A stretch of DNA of 64,000 nt from Escherichia phage vB_EcoM_SA21RB. The stretch lies in sequence record OL960580. One strand, written 5' to 3'. Positions within the stretch are counted from its first letter, which is position 1, and each line of letters opens with the position of its first letter. The notes under the pieces were generated by a model. That model saw only the letters and a program-made list of their open reading frames with translations, ran no database searches and was not told the DNA's origin. This document shows positions 41,962-51,483 of this stretch, piece after piece. Made by a program: the position numbers and the translations under genes.

Positions 41962-44223
41962 TAATTTACAGGATGAACAATCTTCAGCTTTTGGAGTTTC
42001 TATTTCATAATCATCAGTACCAGAACCATCGCGGGTATTATGATAATAAAGGTTTTTTCCACCAAAATACCAGAAGTACATCAAGTCGTCAAGCATAACT
42101 GACATCGGAACCTTTCCTTTTGGAAAAATCTGCGGGTCATAATATGTATTCGCTGAAGCTGATTGACATACCCATTTCAACATAATAGCTACTTGCGTAA
42201 GATAAGGTTTATTACCTTTCTTAGCTAATTTCCACGTATAATCATAGAGGTCTATGTTATGCTCAATATTGGGCACGACTTGATTAAAGGAACCCTCTTT
42301 TGATTCTTTAACAGAGACTGGTCCACGTGGAGGCTCGATACCGTTTGTACTGTTAGAAACTTGGGAAGATGACTCACATGGCATAAGTGCTGATAATGTG
42401 CTATTACGGATGCCAAAGAGCTTAAGGTCTTCCCGCAGCGACGACCAGTCACAAACGTATTTTGGAGCTGCGATTTGGTCAATCTTTTTATTGTACCAGT
42501 CGATAGGTAATTCGCCTCGAGCCCAACGAGTGTCTGAATAATATTCGCAAGGTCCTTTTTCTTTGGCGAGCTTAATGGATGCTTTAATGAGTCCATACTG
42601 TAATCTCTCAAATAGTTCATGTGTTAAATCGTTAGCATCTTCATAAGAAGCAAAGTTACTTGCCAGCCAAGCTGCATAGTTAGTAACACCTACGCCAAGG
42701 TTTCGACGCTTTTTAGCTTTTTCTGCTTCAGGAACTGGATATCCTTGGTAATCCAAAAGATTATCAAGAGCACGAACTTGGACTTCTGCTAATTCATTAA
42801 TTTTATCTTGGTCTTGCCAATCGAAGTTATCTAACACAAATGCAGATAACGTGCACAATCCAATTTCGGCATCAGGACTATTCACATCATTTGTTGGAAT
42901 AGCAATTTCACAGCACAAGTTACTCTGACGAATAGGTGCCTTTTCACGAATAAATGGAGTATAGTTATTCGTATTATCAATGAACTGTACATAAATCCTT
43001 GCTGTTCCTGATCGTTCAGTCATGAGCAATTCAAACAGTTCACGGGCTTTAATACGCTTTTTGCGAATATTAGGGTCTTTTTCTGCGGCTTCATACAATT
43101 CACGGAAACGGTCTTGGTCTTTAAAATAAGAATAATAAAGCTCGCCACCCATTTCGTGTGGACTGAACAAAGTAATGTAGTCGTTCTTTCCAAAACGTTC
43201 CATCATCAAATCATTCAGTTGAACGCCATAATCCATATGACGGATACGGTTTTCTTCTACGCCTTTGTTATTTTTCAAAACGAGAAGATTTTCAACTTCC
43301 AAATGCCAAATAGGATAATAAGCAGTAGCAGCGCCGCCACGAATTCCGCCTTGTGAACATGATTTAACAGCAGTCTGAAAATGTTTCCAAAAAGGAATAA
43401 CGCCAGTATGACGCACTTCACCTGTGCCAATCTTAGAACCTTCAGCACGAATCATACCAACGTTAATGCCAATTCCAGCTCGTTTAGAAATATACTCAAC
43501 AATTGAAGCAGAAGCCTTATTGATAGACTTCAGCGAATCACCTGCTTCAATAACAACGCATGAACTAAACTGTCGAGTTGGAGTACGGCAACCAGCCATA
43601 ATAGGAGTTGGCAGTGAAATCTGTCGAGTAGATACTGCTTCATAAAAACGAATAACGTGTTTTAGTCTATCAACAGGTTCATCTTGATGCAGTGCCATTC
43701 CAATAGTCATAAATGCAAACTGTGGAGTTTCATAAATTTGACCAGTGGTTTTATCTTTAACAAGATATTTTTCTTTTAATTGCATCGCCCCGGAATAAGT
43801 AAATTCCATATCCCGCTCGTGCTTAATTTTTGATTCTAAAAATGTAATTTCTTCTGCTGAATATTTTGACAACAATTCAGGGTCGTATTTACCTTCATTT
43901 ACGCAGTAAGAAATATGGTCAATAAATGAACGTGGTTCATATTGACCGTAAACATGCTTACGAAGAGCAAACATTAAACAGCGTGCAGCTACGTATTGAT
44001 AATCAGGCTCTTCAACTGAAATAGAATTCGCAGCAGCCTTAATGACAATGGTTTGAATGTCATCAGTTGTCATTCCATCACGGAGATATGATTTAATATT
44101 TTCATATAATTCATAAGGATCTACAGATGTTCCTTCAGCTGCCCAAGATAAAACTTTAATAATTTTTTGCGGGTCAAAGCTCTGAGAAACACCACTACTT
44201 TTGATAACATTAATTAATTGCAT
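41959..44223 (-). CDS. nrdA: Ribonucleotide reductase large subunit NrdA
   Basis: 754-aa ORF, N-terminal ATP-cone; length of T4 NrdA. Confidence 0.95.
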   Translation of the reverse strand: MQLINVIKSSGVSQSFDPQKIIKVLSWAAEGTSVDPYELYENIKSYLRDGMTTDDIQTIVIKAAANSISVEEPDYQYVAARCLMFALRKHVYGQYEPRSFIDHISYCVNEGKYDPELLSKYSAEEITFLESKIKHERDMEFTYSGAMQLKEKYLVKDKTTGQIYETPQFAFMTIGMALHQDEPVDRLKHVIRFYEAVSTRQISLPTPIMAGCRTPTRQFSSCVVIEAGDSLKSINKASASIVEYISKRAGIGINVGMIRAEGSKIGTGEVRHTGVIPFWKHFQTAVKSCSQGGIRGGAATAYYPIWHLEVENLLVLKNNKGVEENRIRHMDYGVQLNDLMMERFGKNDYITLFSPHEMGGELYYSYFKDQDRFRELYEAAEKDPNIRKKRIKARELFELLMTERSGTARIYVQFIDNTNNYTPFIREKAPIRQSNLCCEIAIPTNDVNSPDAEIGLCTLSAFVLDNFDWQDQDKINELAEVQVRALDNLLDYQGYPVPEAEKAKKRRNLGVGVTNYAAWLASNFASYEDANDLTHELFERLQYGLIKASIKLAKEKGPCEYYSDTRWARGELPIDWYNKKIDQIAAPKYVCDWSSLREDLKLFGIRNSTLSALMPCESSSQVSNSTNGIEPPRGPVSVKESKEGSFNQVVPNIEHNIDLYDYTWKLAKKGNKPYLTQVAIMLKWVCQSASANTYYDPQIFPKGKVPMSVMLDDLMYFWYFGGKNLYYHNTRDGSGTDDYEIETPKAEDCSSCKL

Positions 44224-44540
44224 AAGTCCTCAACTTGAAAATCGTCTTTAAACAATCGGTTAACTATATGAGCTATTATATCACCATGACACGGCTTTGG
44301 TTTACATGTGCATCCTAGCCTCATTCCACGTAAAGGCTCTAAATGTGCTTTAGTTATTTCTCCGGATTTAATTCGACGTATAAAATCTTTTTTGAATAAT
44401 TCAATGGCAGCCTCCCGGCTGCCAGCATCTTTACCGACGTAATTTCCCCAAAATGTACCACGGTGAATATTAACATCAAAGTCGGATTTATATTTATTCA
44501 CTACCCGGCATAGACGGTCCGCGCGGTAATAATTCTTCAT
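44214..44540 (-). CDS. nrdA.1: Hypothetical protein (nrdA.1)
   Basis: 108-aa ORF. Confidence 0.6.
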   Translation of the reverse strand: MKNYYRADRLCRVVNKYKSDFDVNIHRGTFWGNYVGKDAGSREAAIELFKKDFIRRIKSGEITKAHLEPLRGMRLGCTCKPKPCHGDIIAHIVNRLFKDDFQVEDLCN

Positions 44541-44769
44541 ATTGTTGTTCCGTTAAAACAGTAATATCATAGTAGCAATCAGAAGAAGTTTTAACTGTAG
44601 AAATTTTATTATCAAAATACTCACGGGTCATTTTATGAGTATAATATTTTTTGCCATAAATGATAATAGGCTGTTCTGGTCCTGGAACTTCTAACTCGCT
44701 TGGATTAGGAAGTGTAAAAAGAACGACACCAGAAGTATCCTTAAATCGTAAAATCATATATCCTCTCAA
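44494..44769 (-). CDS. nrdA.2: Hypothetical protein (nrdA.2)
   Basis: 91-aa ORF. Confidence 0.6.
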   Translation of the reverse strand: MRGYMILRFKDTSGVVLFTLPNPSELEVPGPEQPIIIYGKKYYTHKMTREYFDNKISTVKTSSDCYYDITVLTEQQYEELLPRGPSMPGSE

Positions 44770-44780
44770 TTAAATTAAAA

Positions 44781-45640
44781 TTATACCGCCATTTTACCTT
44801 TAATTGGCGGATGAGATACATAGTTGTTAAGAACAAAATTATGCGGCTTTGCGAATTGACTCAACCAAAATACCTGCGATTCTGTGTCCCATTCATCAAA
44901 TTCATCTGGAAATTTTAATTGTAATTCGCATAAATCCATAGGTTCACGACGTAAAATTTCTTTACATTGTTCTACGTGATTCATATAGATATGAGTATTA
45001 CCACCAGAAAATATCAAATCTCCTGGAATAAGATTACACATCTTAGCTACAATATGAACTAACGTAGCATATGATGCAATATTAAATGGAAGACCGAGGA
45101 AAACATCTACCGAACGTTGATACCACTGCAAATCCAAATAGCCATTACGCACATTAAACTGATAGAACATATGACAAGGTGGCAATGCCATCTGCTTGAG
45201 TTCTGCCGGATTCCATGCTGAAACAATTTGACGTCTATCATTTGGCAGTTTTTTAATACGATCAACAACTTCTATAATTTGGTCTACACCACCAAAATCG
45301 CGCCATTGTTTTCCATAAATTGGACCAAGTTCACCACTATGATATCCTAAATCTTTTGCTTGATTTTCATAATTTTCATCCCAGACTGTTTTGCCTTGAA
45401 TTAATGAATCATGTTGAATTAATCGCAAATCATTGACATTTGTGCTTCCCGATAAAAACCATATTAGCTCAGCAATGCAAGCTTTCCAGGCGAGCTTCTT
45501 AGTCGTTACTGCAGGAAAACCTTTAGTTAAATCCCATCGTAATTTAGTGCCGAACAAAGCAATTGTTCCTGTGCCTGTTCGGTCATCGGTTTCATAACCG
45601 TTTTCCAGGATATCTTTAATTAAAAATTGGTATTGTTTCA

Positions 45641-45641
<1 letters not shown>
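44781..45641 (-). CDS. td: Thymidylate synthase (uninterrupted, no intron)
   Basis: 286 aa from ATG 45641 (MKQYQ); track start is TTG; continuous reading frame. Confidence 0.93.
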
Positions 45642-46673
<1,032 letters not shown>

Positions 46674-46684
46674 ATTATCTCCTA

Positions 46685-47017
46685 TTAAAAAGGATCAGGA
46701 ACATATCCACTAGCTTTAATCATTTTAACTAATGTTACCATTCCTTTGTTAACTGCTTGTGAGATTTCATCAAAAACTTCATCATTAAAAAGTTCTAGCA
46801 CACCCTTCTGAACTTTTAATTTACAGCCAACAATTTCGTCATCGCCTATAGTAAATTCATTACCGCCAATTCCACCGAAAAACTTAATTACCCCAGTTAA
46901 CTGTCTTCCACGAGAATATGGGTCATGTGATAAAGTAATATGAGTCACCCCAGGTACAGTTTTAAATTGGCAGCGAATGTTTACTTGGGAAATTCCAGTT
47001 ACATGAACGTCAGACAT
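46685..47017 (-). CDS. frd.2: Hypothetical protein (frd.2)
   Basis: 110-aa ORF. Confidence 0.65.
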   Translation of the reverse strand: MSDVHVTGISQVNIRCQFKTVPGVTHITLSHDPYSRGRQLTGVIKFFGGIGGNEFTIGDDEIVGCKLKVQKGVLELFNDEVFDEISQAVNKGMVTLVKMIKASGYVPDPF

Positions 47018-47027
47018 AATGTTTTCC

Positions 47028-47270
47028 TCAGACAGACTTTTTCACAATTTTCCAATCAGCTTTAAACTGATCAACGTCAGAATGATAAATCCAGAATCCT
47101 GCGCTTTCTCCATCCTCATAAAGAGGGCATCCATCGCATTCATCTTCCCATCCCATATCACGCAAAAGACGTTCAGCTTTTTCAACAAGTTCAGAATCTT
47201 TACCGATGATATTAAAATACCATTTACCCCTAACTTCTGAATCTTTAATGCTCTGACGTTGTAATCTCAT
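47028..47270 (-). CDS. frd.3: Hypothetical protein (frd.3)
   Basis: 80-aa ORF with SD AAGGAG. Confidence 0.65.
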   Translation of the reverse strand: MRLQRQSIKDSEVRGKWYFNIIGKDSELVEKAERLLRDMGWEDECDGCPLYEDGESAGFWIYHSDVDQFKADWKIVKKSV

Positions 47271-47280
47271 TTTATTCTCC

Positions 47281-47349
47281 TTAGCAAGCTTTAATCAAAA
47301 GGTATAAGCAAACTAACATAACTGCTGCCATAATATAAGGTGCGAACAT
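47281..47349 (-). CDS. Candidate 22-aa hydrophobic micro-protein
   Basis: ATG with GGAG 9 nt upstream; MFAPYIMAAVMLVCLYLLIKAC; stop 10 nt before the frd.3 start; downstream of an early promoter. Confidence 0.35.
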   Translation of the reverse strand: MFAPYIMAAVMLVCLYLLIKAC

Positions 47350-47379
47350 TTTCTTTTCTCCATTAGTTTTGATAGGGTA

Positions 47380-47409
47380 ATAGTATCACACTACTACCCT
47401 TCTGTAAAC
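47380..47409 (-). promoter_or_regulatory. T4-type early promoter (GTTTAC, 18-nt spacer, TACTAT)
   Basis: Reverse complement read directly. Confidence 0.6.
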
Positions 47410-47789
47410 TACTTTTTGAAAGTTTTTCGCAAAAGTTCAATGATTTCGTCTACATTGTTTTCGTCAACAATGCAGTGAATTTTTGTTACGCCAGAAACCT
47501 TGTCTTCGACTTCATCTTCTTCAAAAGTCGGTTCTTTATACTCACGAAAACAATGAAATTCGTCTTCGCAAATTTCTGAAAGTCTATCACAAAGGTAAAA
47601 ATGCTTTCCATTAGCGCATTCAATGTGTTTTACAGCTTTAAATCCATTAGCAAAGAAAACTTCTTTAACTTCAAACCATCCGCCATTTTCTCGAATAATT
47701 TTAACTATTGACGCATTAGATCGTGGGCTATAATTAATAAATGTATCAATAAGTCTTGGAACAAGTTCATACTTTTTGCCAATATACAT
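47409..47789 (-). CDS. Hypothetical protein, 126 aa
   Basis: ATG ORF in the gene 32 to frd.3 interval. Confidence 0.65.
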   Translation of the reverse strand: MYIGKKYELVPRLIDTFINYSPRSNASIVKIIRENGGWFEVKEVFFANGFKAVKHIECANGKHFYLCDRLSEICEDEFHCFREYKEPTFEEDEVEDKVSGVTKIHCIVDENNVDEIIELLRKTFKK

Positions 47790-47810
47790 TGTGTTTTCCT
47801 CATTTTAATA

Positions 47811-47826
47811 GGGGCTTGATAGCCCC
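47811..47826. terminator. Intergenic stem-loop GGGGCU-UGAU-AGCCCC
   Basis: 6-bp stem seen directly. Confidence 0.4.
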
Positions 47827-47833
47827 TTGATAA

Positions 47834-48064
47834 TTATTGTTCAATCAGTCCCATGTAAAATTCTGCGTCTTCAGAATCCATGCCGTCACAATACTCATTA
47901 GCCATAAAGCGGGTGAGGTCTTCAAGAGGACCTTCAATGACAATAGAAAAATTGCAATAATTGGGATCATCGTGAATACTTGTGATACTAAGCTCAGGAT
48001 AACGATTACGAATAATTTCTTCAATATATTCAAAATCAACGATGTCAATATCAACTTTAGCCAT
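47834..48064 (-). CDS. Hypothetical acidic protein, 76 aa
   Basis: Start moved to ATG 48064 (MAKVDIDIV) with SD AAGAGGA; track start 48085 lacks an SD. Confidence 0.6.
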   Translation of the reverse strand: MAKVDIDIVDFEYIEEIIRNRYPELSITSIHDDPNYCNFSIVIEGPLEDLTRFMANEYCDGMDSEDAEFYMGLIEQ

Positions 48065-48107
48065 ATTATTTTCCTCTTTAATCATCAGCAGTATTGCCGA
48101 TAGTTGT

Positions 48108-48137
48108 ATAGTACCATAAAGCTTTATGCTTGTAAAC
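48108..48137 (-). promoter_or_regulatory. T4-type early promoter (GTTTAC, 18-nt spacer, TACTAT)
   Basis: Reverse complement read directly. Confidence 0.6.
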
Positions 48138-48157
48138 TGTTTTGTGAAAAAATTTTT

Positions 48158-48187
48158 GAAATAAAAAAGGGGACCTCTAGGGTCCCC
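48158..48187 (-). terminator. Rho-independent terminator after gene 32
   Basis: GGGGACC-loop-GGUCCCC hairpin followed by a U-run on the minus strand. Confidence 0.75.
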
Positions 48188-48209
48188 AATTAATTAGTAA
48201 TATAATCTA

Positions 48210-49118
48210 TTAAAGGTCATTCAAAAGGTCATCCAGGTCCGTGTCATCAGCACTAGATGAACTGCCAGAGCTTGAGCTCATAAAATCATCTTCAGTTTTT
48301 GTTTTGAAGTCATCAACATTAAATGCATCCAAATCATCAGCAACTTTATCAGCTTTCTTAGCGGCAGTCGCTGCGGCACCACCCATAGCAGCAGTTCCCA
48401 TAACTTGACTGAACTTAGTGCTCAGTTCTTCAAACGATTTGAATTTATCTTTAGAAGTCATTTCAGAAAGGTCAACCATTTGCTCGAACAGTTCTTTCTG
48501 GAAAGATTCATCATCAATGTTTGGAATCGCAGATTGATTCAGGAATTTAGATTCGTCGTAGTTACTAAAACCAGAAACTTGTTTAACTTTTAGTACAAAG
48601 TTAGCACCTTCCCACGGACAAGTTACATCAACCGGAGTTTCACCCATTTCAACATCAACTGCAATCATTGCATTGATTTTATCCCAGATTTTCTTACCGA
48701 AACGGTATTTAAATACTTTACCTTCATTTTCTGGAGCAGCTGGGTCTTTTACTACAAGAATGTTAGCCCAGTAAGAAGTTTTACGTTTAACAAGACCGTA
48801 CTCTTTATTGTCAGTGTTATACAAATCATTTTTACTGATGTACTGACATACTGGGCAAGAATCGTAATCACCGTGGGTAGATGAACAGTTTTCAATATAC
48901 CATTTACCGTTTTTCTTGAAACCGTGATTTACAAGAATTGCGAATGGTGCTTGTTCATCATTTTTAGACGGAAGAAAACGAATTACTGCTTGACCGTTAC
49001 CCGCATTGTCGAGTTTCAGTTTCCACTCGCCTTTATCTTCAGAAGAAAAACCACCTTTATTTCCAGCCAGTTTAGCCATTTGCGCAGCGAGTTCAGCAGT
49101 AGATTTACGTTTAAACAT
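48210..49118 (-). CDS. 32: Single-stranded DNA-binding protein gp32
   Basis: 302-aa ORF, N-terminus [17 protein letters not shown]; acidic Ser/Asp-rich C-terminus. Confidence 0.95.
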   Translation of the reverse strand: MFKRKSTAELAAQMAKLAGNKGGFSSEDKGEWKLKLDNAGNGQAVIRFLPSKNDEQAPFAILVNHGFKKNGKWYIENCSSTHGDYDSCPVCQYISKNDLYNTDNKEYGLVKRKTSYWANILVVKDPAAPENEGKVFKYRFGKKIWDKINAMIAVDVEMGETPVDVTCPWEGANFVLKVKQVSGFSNYDESKFLNQSAIPNIDDESFQKELFEQMVDLSEMTSKDKFKSFEELSTKFSQVMGTAAMGGAAATAAKKADKVADDLDAFNVDDFKTKTEDDFMSSSSGSSSSADDTDLDDLLNDL

Positions 49119-49190
49119 TTTTATTTCCTTTTTAATTTAATTAACAGTTGGTGCTATGACGATGTATGACCTCATAGCTGGTCAGTGAGA
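49119..49190 (-). promoter_or_regulatory. Gene 32 translational operator (AU-rich leader with UUAAA repeats)
   Basis: Minus-strand leader reads UUAAUUAAAUUAAAAAGGAAAUAAAAAUG, the T4 gp32 autoregulation site as I recall it. Confidence 0.65.
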
Positions 49191-49201
49191 TAATTATAAT
49201 C

Positions 49202-49209
49202 TATTTATA
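49202..49209 (-). promoter_or_regulatory. Late promoter box TATAAATA (minus strand) upstream of gene 32
   Basis: Reverse complement of plus TATTTATA, 84 nt upstream of the ATG. Confidence 0.4.
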
Positions 49210-49217
49210 ATAAGCAA

Positions 49218-49871
49218 TTAGTACTTGCAAGATTTCACAGTTTCAATAAAAACACTTTTAGCTTTCTGTGAATCAATATTTAAAATTTTTCTATAAGCCT
49301 TTAACTTTATAGAATAATTATTCCAGACTAAATTATCAGTCTGTTCATCATGTTTATCGATTATATTTAAAAACGAATCAAGCAAGATAAACGTCTCAAA
49401 CGAAATTATATTCGATTGAAGTAGTTTAAAAATATAACTTGATTGAACTTTTGGATTATATTCAAAAATTTCTTTAAAAGCAGAAACTTCAACTTTTTTA
49501 CTAAAATAATAAATGTTGCGAATATCTTCTTCAAACTTAAATTTAATTTGCTTTAAGCGTCCGATATATTCACGATAAAACACAAGTGCATCAGCGTCAG
49601 AGATGTCACCAATCCAAGCATCTTGGTTAGCAACAAGATTGCTTATAAAGATTAAAGCAAGTTCCTTTAATTTATATTTTTCTGATAACTTCTGGAAAAA
49701 ATACTTATCCCTTCGCTTTTGATAAGCGGCATCAGACACCCGCATGCACCAATTATACTTAATTACATCATACTTTCCATTCATATGTTGTTTTATCATT
49801 AAGTATAATTTATAAACTGATTTACCATCAATGTATCTTTCACCACCAGCAGGCATGCGGAGTTTAATCAT
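49218..49871 (-). CDS. 59: Helicase loader gp59
   Basis: 217-aa ORF, length of T4 gp59. Confidence 0.9.
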   Translation of the reverse strand: MIKLRMPAGGERYIDGKSVYKLYLMIKQHMNGKYDVIKYNWCMRVSDAAYQKRRDKYFFQKLSEKYKLKELALIFISNLVANQDAWIGDISDADALVFYREYIGRLKQIKFKFEEDIRNIYYFSKKVEVSAFKEIFEYNPKVQSSYIFKLLQSNIISFETFILLDSFLNIIDKHDEQTDNLVWNNYSIKLKAYRKILNIDSQKAKSVFIETVKSCKY

Positions 49872-50206
49872 AATAGAAAATCTAATGTATTAGTTTTTTC
49901 ACAACGAACAACAGAAGGACGTAAAAGATTTTCGTCAATAGCTTCTGACTGAATTTTTTCAATTATACCCGAAGGAATAAATTTAGCAAATTGAGTTTCA
50001 GGAATAGAATTTTCTTCTAAGAATGCTGTTGTAGCTTCAAGATAACTCATTCCAAACTCTTCTACCATTTTTTCAATAATAAATCCATTTTCTTGGCGGT
50101 CAAGAAGCTTTGCAATTTCATCCTTTTCTTTCTTAATTGAAAGTTCTTTTTCTGAAAGACCGGTCTCATCGACCGGACGAATATCATTTAGAGAAAACTG
50201 TGTCAT
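49868..50206 (-). CDS. 33: Late transcription co-activator gp33
   Basis: 112 aa from ATG 50206 (MTQFSLNDIRPV). Confidence 0.88.
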   Translation of the reverse strand: MTQFSLNDIRPVDETGLSEKELSIKKEKDEIAKLLDRQENGFIIEKMVEEFGMSYLEATTAFLEENSIPETQFAKFIPSGIIEKIQSEAIDENLLRPSVVRCEKTNTLDFLL

Positions 50207-50453
50207 AAAGTTCAACTACCTCTTCAGTTTCAGCTTCAAACACATCACGGTTATCTTTATGATACAAAGCTAAAAGACGATTAAACATCTTACCATCAAC
50301 GCCAAGTTCATCTTTGGCACGAATTCGAATGTCTTTAATCAATTCATTATAACCGGAAATTTTCAGTTTATGATCAGATGCTTCTTTGATAAATTTAGCT
50401 AAGTCTTCGCCATGGATAGCTTCATCAAATTCAACCATTTCTTTTTTAGCCAT
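50184..50453 (-). CDS. dsbA: DsbA, dsDNA-binding late transcription accessory protein
   Basis: 89-aa ORF, length and position of T4 DsbA. Confidence 0.85.
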   Translation of the reverse strand: MAKKEMVEFDEAIHGEDLAKFIKEASDHKLKISGYNELIKDIRIRAKDELGVDGKMFNRLLALYHKDNRDVFEAETEEVVELYDTVFSK

Positions 50454-50461
50454 TATTCACC

Positions 50462-51379
50462 TCAAAATTCATTAATGCTATTAGTTAATTTAGAAAGACC
50501 CGCTTTTACAAAATATGAATAAATTTTGCCACGCGGTGGTAATTTATATGAATTATAGTAATTCACAATGTTTGAAGCAATATTATCAGGAATATAATCA
50601 AAATCAATTAGAACTAAATTTTCTTTATAACGATTATATTCAGATTCAGTGAGAAGCACCTTAGCTTGCTCACGATCATTAGCAATAGCTTCAACAATAG
50701 AGGTTTTCATTGAAGGAGTTCGTTCACCTTCAACTCTAGTAAACCAAAAGTCAGATCGTACTTTAACTGAAGCAACGTTATCCTTTTTGTCACCTTTAAG
50801 GATTTTAGTCATACAGTCAATTTCAGCAGAACCGCTTTTAATTTTAACCCATTTCTTGTGCATCGGTGACCATTGCTTAACATTTGGGTATTTGTGAAGT
50901 TGAGTAAAGTCACCATCCGATGAAATGATTAAAATCTTATGTCCTTCTAAAGAGAACTTTTTAACAAGAACAGCAATATGGTCATCTGCTTCATACTTAT
51001 CAATATCCATAACAATGTATGGCATATAAGCTTTCAATTCATCTATAACTTTATGACTGGATTCAAAATAACCTTCCCAGTCCCAAGTAGATTCTTCTCG
51101 TGCTTTTCCACGGTTTTTCTTATAATAATAAGCGAAATCACGACGCCAGTATCCAGATTTCGCGTTATCAATACACAATACAATTTTAGTGTATCCAAGA
51201 GTTTTTGCTTTTTTGACATTAAACTTAATTGAGTTCAATATCAAATGACGAACCATTGATAAATTAATTTTTTCTTTATCTGGAAAGTTTACTAAAGCAG
51301 TTGAAAGTGCAATTTGACTAAAGTCAATTAAGCAGATTCCTTCTTTGTAATCTTCATCCAGCATCATTTCTAAATCCAT
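50462..51379 (-). CDS. rnh: RNase H (5'-3' exonuclease / flap endonuclease)
   Basis: 305 aa from ATG 51379 (MDLEMMLDED); track start is TTG. Confidence 0.92.
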   Translation of the reverse strand: MDLEMMLDEDYKEGICLIDFSQIALSTALVNFPDKEKINLSMVRHLILNSIKFNVKKAKTLGYTKIVLCIDNAKSGYWRRDFAYYYKKNRGKAREESTWDWEGYFESSHKVIDELKAYMPYIVMDIDKYEADDHIAVLVKKFSLEGHKILIISSDGDFTQLHKYPNVKQWSPMHKKWVKIKSGSAEIDCMTKILKGDKKDNVASVKVRSDFWFTRVEGERTPSMKTSIVEAIANDREQAKVLLTESEYNRYKENLVLIDFDYIPDNIASNIVNYYNSYKLPPRGKIYSYFVKAGLSKLTNSINEF

Positions 51380-51441
51380 ATGAACCTCGTTCAATTAGTG
51401 AGATTTCTATTATATACCATCCGAATCTTAAAGTAAACAAG

Positions 51442-51449
51442 TATAAATA
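51442..51449 (+). promoter_or_regulatory. Late promoter box TATAAATA upstream of gene 34
   Basis: Exact motif 35 nt upstream of the ATG; SD AGGAGC follows. Confidence 0.55.
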
Positions 51450-51483
51450 CTTATTATTGAAAACACAATAGGAGCCCGGGAGA

